In this document: positions 1-10,014 of the stretch, piece by piece | How the letters are laid out: each line of letters begins with the position of its first letter | Position numbering within the stretch: the stretch's first letter is position 1 | DNA from: an uncultured Cytophagales bacterium | Lineage (GTDB): Bacteria > Bacteroidota > Bacteroidia > Cytophagales > Thermonemataceae | Reading direction: 5' to 3' | DNA: 64,000 nucleotides | NCBI GenBank assembly: GCA_964654605.1 | Contig: CAZZLW010000081.1 | Coordinates: forward strand, 2,939-66,938 | Translations under genes and position numbers: made by a program | Notes under the pieces: model-generated | What the model saw: only the letters and a program-made list of their open reading frames with translations | Database searches by the model: none | Told to the model about the DNA's origin: nothing

Positions 1-33
1 TCAAATCTTTGTCTTCGGGCATATATCTTGTAT

Positions 34-1323
34 TTAATGAATTTCAGCTAAACTTTCTTCATTGGCTTGTAAAATATGCTCAATGTCGCTATCTGAAAGA
101 GCTACCGAAACAAATAAACTTTCAAATTGCGAGGGTGCTAAATATACACCTTTTTGAAGCATCTTATGAAAATATTTTCCAAAAAGTTCTGTATTGGAAG
201 TTTTAGCAGTCTGAAAATCAACAACTTGTTTGTCTGTAAAAAATAGGTTATACATTGAGCCAATTTGATTGATAGTATAAGGCAAGTTCAGTTTTTGTAA
301 AGTTTTTTTCAATCCCTCTACGATTTTTTGTGTGATTTGTTCTAACTTTTGGTAAATCTGAGGGTTTTCGTTCAGTTCGGTAAGCATCGCGTAGCCTGCC
401 ACCATAGCGATAGGGTTACCTGAAAGCGTACCCGCCTGATACACCTTGCCCACAGGCGAAACGCTATCCATAATTTCCTTTTTGCCACCATAAGCTCCCA
501 CAGGCAAGCCACCTCCAATGATTTTTCCCAAAGTTGTCATATCAGGGGTTATGCCAAAGAGTTCCTGTGCCCCTCCACGAGCCAAACGAAAGCCTGTCAT
601 TACTTCATCAAAAATCAAGATGATGCCTTCTTGGTCGCAAATAGTTCGTAAGCCTTCTAAAAAGCCTTTTTGGGGCAAAACGCACCCCATATTTCCAACC
701 ACAGGCTCTACAATAATACAAGCTATTTGTTTAGGATTGGCGTCAATGAGCTTTTTTACTGCGTCCAAGTCGTTGTAAGGGGCTGTGAGCGTATCATTGG
801 CAACGCCTTGCGTTACGCCAAGGCTATCGGGCGAACCCATTGTGTAAGCTCCGCTACCTGCCGCAATCAGAAAGCTATCGCCGTGTCCGTGGTAGCAACC
901 TTCAAATTTAATGATTTTATTTCTACCTGTAAAGCCACGAGCTACCCGAATGGCACTCATACAGGCTTCGGTGCCCGAATTTACCATACGTACTTTTTCT
1001 ATGGAAGGCACCATTTGGCAAATGAGTTCAGCCATTTCCACTTCCTTGCGGGTGGGTGCCCCATACGAAAAAGAATGGGGTAGTGCTTCTGCGATAGCTT
1101 TCTGAATGGTAGGGTGGGCGTGTCCGAGTATCATCGGACCCCAAGAGTTGATAAGTTCAATGTAGCGGTTGTCGTCCTCATCATAAAGATATGCTCCTTC
1201 GGCACGTTTGATGAATAGCGGCGTTCCACCTACTGATTTGAATGCTCTGACGGGAGAATTTACACCACCAGGCAAAAGTGTTTTTGCTTTTTCAAAAAGT
1301 TCTTGGCTTTTCTGAAAGTTCAT
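34..1323 (-). CDS. hemL: glutamate-1-semialdehyde 2,1-aminomutase
   Basis: ORF 34..1350. Class III aminotransferase with the LPGGVNSPVRAF N-terminal motif and a PLP-lysine region (TTLGKIIGGG). ATG at 1323 preferred over TTG at 1350. Confidence 0.9.
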   Translation of the reverse strand: MNFQKSQELFEKAKTLLPGGVNSPVRAFKSVGGTPLFIKRAEGAYLYDEDDNRYIELINSWGPMILGHAHPTIQKAIAEALPHSFSYGAPTRKEVEMAELICQMVPSIEKVRMVNSGTEACMSAIRVARGFTGRNKIIKFEGCYHGHGDSFLIAAGSGAYTMGSPDSLGVTQGVANDTLTAPYNDLDAVKKLIDANPKQIACIIVEPVVGNMGCVLPQKGFLEGLRTICDQEGIILIFDEVMTGFRLARGGAQELFGITPDMTTLGKIIGGGLPVGAYGGKKEIMDSVSPVGKVYQAGTLSGNPIAMVAGYAMLTELNENPQIYQKLEQITQKIVEGLKKTLQKLNLPYTINQIGSMYNLFFTDKQVVDFQTAKTSNTELFGKYFHKMLQKGVYLAPSQFESLFVSVALSDSDIEHILQANEESLAEIH

Positions 1324-1416
1324 AGCTATTTGGTAATTATTTACGTTCAAAAGTTTAAGGGTTCAAGCGTTTGAGGTAAAAGTTTTACTTCGTCTAAACA
1401 TCTAATGTTTTTAAGT

Positions 1417-1440
1417 CCTATTTCCTGTTTCATTACTGCA
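1417..1440. repeat. single copy of the GAAACAGGAAA intergenic element (reverse complement TGCAGTAATGAAACAGGAAATAGG)
   Basis: 22/24 identical to 55626..55649. The 16-nt core GAAACAGGAAATAGGA is identical to the reverse complement of 52591..52606. Lies between the aspS stop and the hemL start. Confidence 0.6.
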
Positions 1441-1460
1441 AGCTATACCTAAACAATACG

Positions 1461-3218
1461 CTATTTGTTTTTCACCAAACTAATTCCGAGTTCGTCTAAT
1501 TGTTCTTGGAAAATTTCGGAAGGAGCATCAATCATAACATCTCTGCCCGAATTATTTTTAGGGAAAGCAATAAAATCGCGAATGCTATCAGCACCGCCGA
1601 AAATGGCACAAAGCCTATCAAAACCAAAGGCAATGCCTCCGTGAGGAGGGGCACCATAGCGAAACGCATTCATCAAAAAGCCAAATTGCTTTTCGGCTTG
1701 CTCGGCAGTAAATCCTAAAACTTCAAACATTTTTGCTTGCAAGTTTTTATCAAAAATCCGAATAGAGCCACCGCCTACTTCTGTGCCATTGATAACCATA
1801 TCGTAAGCATTGGCTCTTACCTTTCCCAACTCACCGTTTTGCAGAAAAGTTATATCTTCGGGTTTGGGCGAAGTAAAGGGGTGGTGCATTGCAAACCAGC
1901 GTCCTGCCTCTTCATCATACTCAAAAGCGGGAAAATCTACTACCCAAAGGCAGGCAAATTTATTTTTATCGCGTAAGCCCAAACGAGTTCCCATTTCCAA
2001 TCGTAATTCTGAAAGTTGTTTGCGGGTTTTAGTGGTTTCGCCGCTCAAAATCAGAAGCAAATCGCCTGCTTCGGCTTGCATTTCTTTTGCCCAAGTCTGC
2101 AAATCGTCTTGGGAAAAGAACTTATCAACTGAAGACTTAAACGAGCCATCGGCTTTGCATTGTACATATACCAAGCCTTTTGCTCCAATTTGTGGCTTTT
2201 TGACAAAGTCTGTAAGTTCATCAAGTTGCTTTCGGGTGTATTCGGCACAACCTTTGGCACAAATTCCTACAACAATTTCGGCGTTATCAAATACCTGAAA
2301 ACCTTTCCCTTTTGCCAGATGTGTAATGTCGGTAAATTTCATTTCAAAACGCAAGTCGGGCTTATCCGAGCCGTAGTAGCGAGTGGCGTCTTCGTAGCTC
2401 ATTCGGGGCAGGGGAGGAATTTCAATACCTTTTACAGCACGGAAAAGATGTTTGATAAGTCCTTCAAAAGTTTGTAAAATATCTTCTTGTTCTACAAAAG
2501 ACATTTCACAATCTATTTGTGTAAATTCGGGCTGGCGGTCGGCACGTAGGTCTTCGTCGCGAAAGCATTTTACAATCTGATAGTATCTATCAAAACCTGC
2601 TACCATTAGCAACTGCTTGAAAGTTTGCGGCGATTGAGGCAAAGCATAAAACTGCCCCAAATTCATTCGGCTGGGAACTACAAAATCTCTTGCACCTTCG
2701 GGGGTAGATTTGATAAGTACGGGGGTTTCTACTTCTATAAATTTTTGACTATCTAAGTATTTGCGTGTTTCTTGTGCCATTTGGTGGCGGAGTTCCAAGT
2801 TTTTGCGAACTACATTTCTACGCAAATCCAAGTAGCGAAATTTCATTCGCAAGTCGTCGCCGCCATCGGTTTCGTCTTCAATTTTGAAAGGAGGGATTTC
2901 GGCGGGGTTTAGCACTACAATTTTTTCAGCCCATACCTCTATTTCACCCGTAGGAATTTTAGGATTTTTGGATTCTCTTTCGGCTACTTTTCCTGAAACC
3001 TGAATAACAAATTCTCTGCCCAAACTGCGAGCAATTTCAAAGAGTTCGGCAGGGGTTTTGTTTTCTACAAGGGTAATTTGTGTAATACCATAGCGGTCGC
3101 GTAAATCTATCCATAAAATAGAGCCTTTGTCGCGAATGGTTTGTACCCAACCTGCCAATGTTACGGTTTCGTTTTGGTTGGAAAGTCTTAATTCGCCGCA
3201 AGTATGTGTTCGGAACAT
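1461..3218 (-). CDS. aspS: aspartate--tRNA ligase
   Basis: ORF 1461..3236. Contains RTHTCGELR in an OB anticodon-binding domain and class II motifs ([24 protein letters not shown]). ATG at 3218 fits the canonical N-terminus. Confidence 0.92.
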   Translation of the reverse strand: MFRTHTCGELRLSNQNETVTLAGWVQTIRDKGSILWIDLRDRYGITQITLVENKTPAELFEIARSLGREFVIQVSGKVAERESKNPKIPTGEIEVWAEKIVVLNPAEIPPFKIEDETDGGDDLRMKFRYLDLRRNVVRKNLELRHQMAQETRKYLDSQKFIEVETPVLIKSTPEGARDFVVPSRMNLGQFYALPQSPQTFKQLLMVAGFDRYYQIVKCFRDEDLRADRQPEFTQIDCEMSFVEQEDILQTFEGLIKHLFRAVKGIEIPPLPRMSYEDATRYYGSDKPDLRFEMKFTDITHLAKGKGFQVFDNAEIVVGICAKGCAEYTRKQLDELTDFVKKPQIGAKGLVYVQCKADGSFKSSVDKFFSQDDLQTWAKEMQAEAGDLLLILSGETTKTRKQLSELRLEMGTRLGLRDKNKFACLWVVDFPAFEYDEEAGRWFAMHHPFTSPKPEDITFLQNGELGKVRANAYDMVINGTEVGGGSIRIFDKNLQAKMFEVLGFTAEQAEKQFGFLMNAFRYGAPPHGGIAFGFDRLCAIFGGADSIRDFIAFPKNNSGRDVMIDAPSEIFQEQLDELGISLVKNK

Positions 3219-3278
3219 AACTGATTGATTTTTCAAATGGTGTGCAATTTAGGTAAATTTGCGGGTTGTACAAAAAAC

Positions 3279-6080
3279 TTACAATTCCATTTTTAAGAAC
3301 TTACCCGTATAGCTTTGGGGGTGTGTAGCGAGTGCTTCGGGAGTGCCTTCGGCAATGATGTAGCCTCCTGCTTCACCTCCTTCCAATCCTAAATCTATGA
3401 TATGGTCGCAAACTTTGATAACATCAAGGTTATGTTCTATGATAAGCACGGTATTGCCTTTTTCTACCAATTTGTTGAGGAAAAAAAGCAGTTTTTCAAT
3501 GTCCTGAAAATGCAAACCTGTGGTAGGTTCGTCGAGAATGTAAAGGGTTTTGCCTGTATCTTTGCGGGAAAGCTCAGTGGCAAGTTTTACTCTTTGAGCC
3601 TCGCCTCCCGAAAGCGTAGTGGCGGGTTGCCCCAAAGTAATATAGCCCAAACCTACTTCGTGAATGGTTTTTATTTTAGAAAGAATACGAGGCTGATTTT
3701 CAAAAAAATCCAATGCTTGCTCTACGGTCATATCCAGCACATCTGCAATAGATTTTCCCTTGAAACGAACTTCCAAAGTTTCCCTGTTGTAGCGTTTGCC
3801 CTTGCAATCGCGGCAAGGGATATGCACATCGGGTAAAAATTCCATTTCAATTGTAACCACACCTGCTCCTTCGCAAGTTTCGCATCTTCCACCTTTTACG
3901 TTAAAAGAAAAACGCCCAGGTTTATAGCCTCTGATTTTGGCTTCGGGGAGCTGTGCAAATAAATCCCGAATATCTGTAAAAACTCCTGTATAAGTGGCGG
4001 TATTGCTTCGGGGGGTTCTGCCAATAGGCGATTGGTCAATTTCAATTACTTTATCCAAATGCTCTAAGCCTTCAATGCTCTCATAAGGCAAGGGTTCTTT
4101 TTTGGCGTTGTAAAAATGCTTGTTGAGAATAGGAAAGAGCGTATGATGAATAAGGGAGGATTTGCCTGAACCTGAAACACCTGTAACAGCAATCATTTTG
4201 CCCAAAGGTAAAGAAAGCGTAATATTTTTGAGATTATGCCCTTTGCAACCTTTCAGTACCAGAAATTTGCCATTACCTGCTCTTCTTGCTTGGGGAACTT
4301 CAATTTTGGCAATGCCTTTCAGATATTGAGCCGTTAGCGAGTTGGGGTTTTGCAAAAAGGTCTGGGGCGAGCCTTTGCCAACAATTGCTCCGCCGTGCCT
4401 TCCTGCTTCGGGACCAATATCTATGATGTAATCCGCTTGCAACATCATATCTTTGTCGTGTTCTACCACAATCACCGAATTGCCAATATCTCGTAAGTTT
4501 TGCAGAGATTGAATGAGCTTTTGGTTATCTCTTTGGTGTAAGCCGATACTGGGTTCATCAAGCACATACAAAACGCCTGTGAGTTGCGTGCCTATTTGCG
4601 TAGCCAAGCGTATGCGTTGCGATTCGCCGCCTGATAGGGTTTTTACGGCTCGGTTGAGCGTCAGATAGTCCAGACCTACATCAATCAGAAATTGCAATCT
4701 TTTGCGAATTTCTTTCAAAACCTCTTCGGCAATGCGTTTTTTTATGCCTTGCATACGACTTTCCAAGCCTTGTAGCCATTGAGCCAGCTCTGTAATGCTC
4801 ATAGCGGAAAGCTCGGCAATATTTTTATTATCAACTTTGAAGTACAAAGCCTCTTTTTTCAATCTTGTGCCATTACATTCGGGGCAGAGTTGGCTACTCA
4901 GATACTCGGCATAATGCTCTTGGACACTGCTTGAACTTTCGTTCATCATTTTTTGCATAAAAGGAATGATACCCTCAAAAGTAGTGTGCCAATCGGTACC
5001 AGGGTATTTGGTAGAGGCTACTTGAATGGTCTCTTTGCTTCCGTAAAGAATGATATCCAAGACTTCGCGAGGAATTTCGGCAACAGGTTTTTTAATAGAA
5101 ATTTTGTATTTTTTGAGTATGCTTTCAATTTTCTTAAAAATCCAAATGTCCCGAAATTCGCCCAGAGGGGCAATAGCCCCTTTTTCAATGCTGATATTTC
5201 TGTTGGGAATAATGCTATCTTCGGTAAAATTTTCAATAATGCCTAAACCTTCGCATTTGGGGCACCAGCCATAAGGCGAATTGAAGGAAAAGCTATTAGG
5301 GGCGGGTTCATCATAGCTGATACCCGAAGTAGGGCAAGTATAAAATTGGGAATAAAAACGCAGTTGCTCTTGCTCATCAATCACCAGAAGTGTGCCTTTA
5401 CCTTCTTTGAGAGCTTTTTGAATAGAATCGTTTAGACGAAAATCATCTTTTACTTGCAGGCGGTCAATAAGAACCTCAATATCGTGGATTTTGTAGCGGT
5501 CAAGTTCTAATTTGGGAGAAATTTCTTGAATTTTTCCATCAATACGGGCTTTCAGATAGCCTTTTTTGGCAATTTCGGAAAATAGCTCTTTGTAGTGCCC
5601 TTTTCTACCTTTTACCAAAGGAGCAAGAATAGAAATCTTTTGATTGGCATAGGTTTGCAAGATGCTTTCTCGGATTTGGTCGGGCGATTGTTGAATCATT
5701 TTTTCGCCTGTAACGTATGAGTATGCCTCACCTGCACGTGCAAAAAGCAATCGTAAGAAATCATAAATTTCGGTAAGCGTTCCTACCGTAGAGCGAGGGT
5801 TTTTGGAGGTCGTTTTTTGTTCAATGGCAATAACAGGGCTTAAACCTTCAATTTTATCAACATCAGGGCGTTGCATCTCGCCAATGAACCCCCTTGCATA
5901 CGCTGAAAAGCTTTCCATATAACGCCTTTGGGCTTCGGCAAAAATCGTATCAAAAACAAGCGAAGATTTTCCACTACCACTCACACCTGTTACTACTACT
6001 AACTTCTGACGAGGTATTGTAAGGTCTAAATTTTTCAAATTATGCTCACGAGCACCATAAATTTCTATTAGCTCTTCCAT
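3279..6080 (-). CDS. uvrA: excinuclease ABC subunit A
   Basis: 933 aa. Two ABC modules (GVSGSGKSS twice, LSGGE twice) and CxxC zinc-finger pairs. Confidence 0.95.
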   Translation of the reverse strand: MEELIEIYGAREHNLKNLDLTIPRQKLVVVTGVSGSGKSSLVFDTIFAEAQRRYMESFSAYARGFIGEMQRPDVDKIEGLSPVIAIEQKTTSKNPRSTVGTLTEIYDFLRLLFARAGEAYSYVTGEKMIQQSPDQIRESILQTYANQKISILAPLVKGRKGHYKELFSEIAKKGYLKARIDGKIQEISPKLELDRYKIHDIEVLIDRLQVKDDFRLNDSIQKALKEGKGTLLVIDEQEQLRFYSQFYTCPTSGISYDEPAPNSFSFNSPYGWCPKCEGLGIIENFTEDSIIPNRNISIEKGAIAPLGEFRDIWIFKKIESILKKYKISIKKPVAEIPREVLDIILYGSKETIQVASTKYPGTDWHTTFEGIIPFMQKMMNESSSSVQEHYAEYLSSQLCPECNGTRLKKEALYFKVDNKNIAELSAMSITELAQWLQGLESRMQGIKKRIAEEVLKEIRKRLQFLIDVGLDYLTLNRAVKTLSGGESQRIRLATQIGTQLTGVLYVLDEPSIGLHQRDNQKLIQSLQNLRDIGNSVIVVEHDKDMMLQADYIIDIGPEAGRHGGAIVGKGSPQTFLQNPNSLTAQYLKGIAKIEVPQARRAGNGKFLVLKGCKGHNLKNITLSLPLGKMIAVTGVSGSGKSSLIHHTLFPILNKHFYNAKKEPLPYESIEGLEHLDKVIEIDQSPIGRTPRSNTATYTGVFTDIRDLFAQLPEAKIRGYKPGRFSFNVKGGRCETCEGAGVVTIEMEFLPDVHIPCRDCKGKRYNRETLEVRFKGKSIADVLDMTVEQALDFFENQPRILSKIKTIHEVGLGYITLGQPATTLSGGEAQRVKLATELSRKDTGKTLYILDEPTTGLHFQDIEKLLFFLNKLVEKGNTVLIIEHNLDVIKVCDHIIDLGLEGGEAGGYIIAEGTPEALATHPQSYTGKFLKMEL

Positions 6081-6132
6081 AGCCGATTTTTTTCCAAAAC
6101 GCTAAATTAGGAAAAAAGTTTGAAGCGACAAG

Positions 6133-7854
6133 CTACTCTCTGGCATAGAAACGCAAAAACCAAATGTCTTTGTAAGGTTTCTGGCAAGCAGGAGGGGTTT
6201 CGGGAATTTCTTGTACTGCCACATCTGCTCTACAAGGGTTTGAGCGTAGCAATTCTTTTTTGCCATAATATTCCACCCAAAAGCGTACATAAAAAGCCTC
6301 TTCTGAAAGGTAAATATTCTGATTTTTATTCAGCATTGCTTTTACCTCATCAACTATCTTTTGATGATGCTGGTATGATTTGGGGTCGTAGAAATCTTGT
6401 ATTTCTCGCCAAAACTGAAAAAATGAACCCGCAAAAATAAGCACTGCCACCAAATAAAGTCCTGCTATTTTTATTTGGGGCAAAAAATGGCTCAATACCA
6501 TTGCTACTGCCCAGGCAAAGAAAATGGCATAGTATGTCCAGACACGATAAAACGGGAAAGCCTGCATCAGGCAAATAACCCCCAGCGTTACTGCCGTAGA
6601 AATTACCAAAAATTGCCAAATCTGCTGATGTGTGCGATTGAGCGTTTTTTTCCAAACAATCCAACTACCAAGCATACTTACTACTGCAAAAACTATGAAA
6701 GAAACGTATTTCGGTAAGCTCACAACATACCAAACAGATTCTCGCAAAGAAATGGGCAAAATGTAGCTAAAAAACCATTTGCTATCGTAATCTTTGGGTG
6801 CAACGTTTTCATTGCCTAAAAGGGCATTTTTGCCGCTATACGCTAGCACGCCTACATACGCTACATATACGCAAGCCGAAATCAGCAAACCTACCCAAGC
6901 AAAGCGATAAAGCAAACTGAAAGGTATCTTTTTTCGTAAAATTTGCCAAAGCAAAAAAGCATAAAACGAAAGCATTGCATACAAAAATACAGGCACAGCC
7001 CAAAATCCAAGCACACAAGCTAAGCCAAAAAGCCACAAATACAAAGAATGATAGTTTTGTAGATACATTAGCAAAGCAAAAAAGGCAATAAATATGCACA
7101 AAGCCTCAAACATATACGCCCTGCCTTGTACAGAAAAAACAGATTGGCTAAATCCCAAACCTGTGAGCAGAAGGGTTAGATAGGCTATCTGAAAGCCACT
7201 TTTACGCAAAAAAAATACAAAAACTACTGCAAGTAGTCCCCAAAAAGATAGGATAGAAGTTAAGCGTAAGGCAAGCATATTATCGGAGACGAAAAAGTGC
7301 CAAAAATAGGTTGTCAGGTTGTAGAAAAGGTGATTGTTTGGCACAGGATAATGCGTAAGCGTAACCGAAGCCCCTTGCGAAGCGAAAAATAACCAAGAAA
7401 AAGCCTCGTCCATAGCCAAAAATATGTTTTGGTACATAAAAACTTGGTGAACTGCAATGGCAAGCAAGGTAAAGACCAGCAACCATTTCTGATTTTTTGA
7501 AAGAGTGCTAAAATCTTGCTTAAAAAGCGTATAAATGCGGTTTAATTCTTTGATACCTTCCTGGAAATGTTTTTGTATAGTTTTTAGCAAAGCCCAAAAG
7601 ATGATTTGGAGTGCCAAAACTAAACAAAGGGCGATAGATAACCATATTTTAGCCTGCTCGTAGGTTTGAGGGCTGAAATGCTGTTTGGCAAAGAGATGAT
7701 GTCTGAAAATTCCTTGATGTTTCTGTAAATAAGTATTTAAAATTTCAGTGTAGCTGGTTTGCCAAAACCAAAGCCACTCTCTAAACAAATATACACTGAT
7801 AAAAATAGAAAAAAGGGCAAAAGCGACAATTTTTATGTTAAATAGTTGTTTCAT
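6133..7854 (-). CDS. polytopic membrane protein, possibly a GT-C fold (ArnT/PMT-like) glycosyltransferase
   Basis: About 570 aa with more than 10 predicted hydrophobic helices and a DEAF motif in an early loop. ATG at 7854 preferred over TTG at 7878. The functional call is weak. Confidence 0.5.
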   Translation of the reverse strand: MKQLFNIKIVAFALFSIFISVYLFREWLWFWQTSYTEILNTYLQKHQGIFRHHLFAKQHFSPQTYEQAKIWLSIALCLVLALQIIFWALLKTIQKHFQEGIKELNRIYTLFKQDFSTLSKNQKWLLVFTLLAIAVHQVFMYQNIFLAMDEAFSWLFFASQGASVTLTHYPVPNNHLFYNLTTYFWHFFVSDNMLALRLTSILSFWGLLAVVFVFFLRKSGFQIAYLTLLLTGLGFSQSVFSVQGRAYMFEALCIFIAFFALLMYLQNYHSLYLWLFGLACVLGFWAVPVFLYAMLSFYAFLLWQILRKKIPFSLLYRFAWVGLLISACVYVAYVGVLAYSGKNALLGNENVAPKDYDSKWFFSYILPISLRESVWYVVSLPKYVSFIVFAVVSMLGSWIVWKKTLNRTHQQIWQFLVISTAVTLGVICLMQAFPFYRVWTYYAIFFAWAVAMVLSHFLPQIKIAGLYLVAVLIFAGSFFQFWREIQDFYDPKSYQHHQKIVDEVKAMLNKNQNIYLSEEAFYVRFWVEYYGKKELLRSNPCRADVAVQEIPETPPACQKPYKDIWFLRFYARE

Positions 7855-8003
7855 TGGTTTTTTGCTACAATGATACAAAAAAATTAAAAACGAACCTGTC
7901 TAATTTATGAAGGCGGGTTTGAAAAGTTTGGGCTTTGAAAGTTTTGATTTGAGCTATACTTCTGAACCTTTGAGTTTCTTATGCTTACAATAGTATTTTA
8001 TGT

Positions 8004-8029
8004 AACTGATTAGCAAATTTTTACAAAAT
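8004..8029. repeat. 26-nt intergenic repeat AACTGATTAGCAAATTTTTACAAAAT
   Basis: 23/26 identical to 22563..22588. Confidence 0.5.
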
Positions 8030-8100
8030 TTTATACAAATTTTTTTGAAAAAAATTTGGCTAATACTTGAAAAGTGCGTAATATTGCAGTCCAAAAACAC

Positions 8101-8174
8101 TCCCGAATAGCTCAGTCGGTTAGAGCATCTGACTGTTAATCAGAGGGTCGCTGGTTCGAGCCCAGCTTCGGGAG
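8101..8174 (+). tRNA. tRNA-Asn (GTT)
   Basis: Acceptor stem TCCCGAA/TTCGGGA, anticodon loop CTGTTAA, T-loop GGTTCGAGCCC. 74 nt, with no encoded CCA. Confidence 0.9.
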
Positions 8175-8194
8175 CTTCAGAATCAAAAAATAAA

Positions 8195-8218
8195 AGCCCT
8201 TTCAAAAGGGCTTTTTTA
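8195..8218 (+). terminator. rho-independent terminator after tRNA-Asn
   Basis: AGCCCTTT/AAAGGGCT hairpin followed by TTTTTT. Confidence 0.6.
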
Positions 8219-8261
8219 TTTGCATAACATTCTGAATAAGGGTTTTTGGGGAATACGAAAA

Positions 8262-8852
8262 TCACCCAATTTTTTTCTTTACAACAATATAGCCTGGGTA
8301 CTTGATATAGCCTTTACCTACGGAAATGGAGGGCTTTACTCGTAAAGTTAGATTTTTAGGTTGATTATTTTCATCTTTAATGCCAATCGCTTTACCAATT
8401 AGCTCCCTACCTTCTTTTTGTGAAAAAATTTTATAGAGGTCTGAGCTGATTTGCAAAGGCATCACGATATTTTCGCCTGCGGGTATTTCGTACCGCTGAT
8501 TGACAACCCCTTTGGCTATTTCCACTTTATCAATTTCGGCAATCCATTCTAAATAATTGAGTGCGGCGAGTTTATCGTTGGGGTTATTGATGTTGATATT
8601 GAACGTAAAATTGAGCGGTAGAGTTTTTTGTGAAAAAGATTTCAGAAGTGATGCTACATCTAAAACACTCACTTCGCTAATATCTGTTTTTTCTTGCAAA
8701 TTGATTCCTGCCAAACGCAAGTTATCAATGCCTGCACTTGTGAAATCGCATTGGGCAAGGTTTTTTAGCTCTCTGAAAGTACGGCAAGAAAAAGTAAGTA
8801 AAAGTAAAAACGCTAATAGACTAATTTTTTTCGTAGTGTGTAGTAAATTCAT
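8262..8852 (-). CDS. hypothetical lipoprotein (possibly LEA_2-like fold)
   Basis: Signal peptide with a lipobox-like LLLTFSC. No catalytic motif recognised. Confidence 0.55.
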   Translation of the reverse strand: MNLLHTTKKISLLAFLLLLTFSCRTFRELKNLAQCDFTSAGIDNLRLAGINLQEKTDISEVSVLDVASLLKSFSQKTLPLNFTFNININNPNDKLAALNYLEWIAEIDKVEIAKGVVNQRYEIPAGENIVMPLQISSDLYKIFSQKEGRELIGKAIGIKDENNQPKNLTLRVKPSISVGKGYIKYPGYIVVKKKIG

Positions 8853-9945
8853 AAGGATACGAGGTAATAGTTTGTGAAGGAGTATTAAGTGATTTTTGAG
8901 TTTTTCTTCTTTTACGCAAAACCAGCAAAATTTGTGTGAAAGAAAGCATTATTGTAAATAAAATAGCAAAATACACATACACATTGAGTAAGTTGGCAAA
9001 ATAGGCGGCAACGATTACGAATATATTGAGAGCATATAAGATAAAACTGGCTTGTAAATGCGAACAGCCTACATCAAGCAATAGATGATGCAAATGGTTT
9101 CTATCACCCGAAAAAGGGGATTTGCCTTGTGCCGCTCTTACAATGAATACTCGCAAGGTATCAAAGAGAGGTATTACCAAAACCGCGATGGCAAATAAAG
9201 GAGCTTTCCCCCCTACGAAGGAAACTTCGGTTTTGTTCATTTCTATAAATTTGATAGCAAAAACCGCAGAAATAAAGCCTAAAATCAAGGAGCCTGTATC
9301 TCCCATAAAAATTTTCCCTGTAAAATTGTAACGGAGAAACCCTAAGGTTGCTCCACAAGTAGCCATAGCCCAAATGGCAAGGCTTTCTTCGCTATGTCTG
9401 AAAAACCATATTCCAAAAGTAGAAATCACAATACAAGCTACGCCACCTGCCAACCCATTGATGCCATCAATGAGATTGAAAGCATTGATTATCACTATCA
9501 TTGTGAAAATAGTTGCGGCATAAAGTACCCAAGTAGGGGCATCGTAGGTAAAAAAGAAACCATACAAACTACTCAATTGAACATCTCCCCAAAATACCAC
9601 AATGCCTACTGCTAGCAGTTGAGCCAAGAACTTTTTGTAGGGCGTTAGGGGAATAATATCGTCTTTGATGCCCGTGAAAAACAAAATAGTAATGGCTGAA
9701 AGGAATGTTCCTAAATCTAAATTTTTGCTGTGATGGGCAAAAAAGGTAGCGGAAATCACGGTGCCAGCAAATATGGCAATACCGCCCAGTGTTGGTACTT
9801 TTCGGATATGGATTTTCCGAAGCTCATTGGGTTCATCGTATAAATGCTTCTGCTCGGCAACCTTAATGATAGCAGGAATACTTACCCACGCAATAACCAG
9901 CGAGGCAAGGAAAGTAACAATAAAGATAAAAATCATCATAAACAC
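8821..9945 (-). CDS. glycosyltransferase family 4 (MraY/WecA-type polyprenyl-phosphate sugar-1-phosphate transferase)
   Basis: Polytopic protein with NAFNLIDGINGLAGG and FMGDTGSL motifs typical of the MraY/WecA family. Confidence 0.85.
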   Translation of the reverse strand: MFMMIFIFIVTFLASLVIAWVSIPAIIKVAEQKHLYDEPNELRKIHIRKVPTLGGIAIFAGTVISATFFAHHSKNLDLGTFLSAITILFFTGIKDDIIPLTPYKKFLAQLLAVGIVVFWGDVQLSSLYGFFFTYDAPTWVLYAATIFTMIVIINAFNLIDGINGLAGGVACIVISTFGIWFFRHSEESLAIWAMATCGATLGFLRYNFTGKIFMGDTGSLILGFISAVFAIKFIEMNKTEVSFVGGKAPLFAIAVLVIPLFDTLRVFIVRAAQGKSPFSGDRNHLHHLLLDVGCSHLQASFILYALNIFVIVAAYFANLLNVYVYFAILFTIMLSFTQILLVLRKRRKTQKSLNTPSQTITSYPYEFTTHYEKN

Positions 9946-10014
9946 CTGTTTTCACGTTCGCCTCAAACCTTACAACATAATTTTGGTTCAGGAAAAACAC
10001 TTTTTCAAAAAATA

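Noticed and set aside
8036-8058. Perfect 23-nt palindrome CAAATTTTTTTGAAAAAAATTTG upstream of tRNA-Asn.
   Set aside because: It consists purely of A/T homopolymer arms and would form a very weak hairpin. It is likely low-complexity promoter-region sequence.
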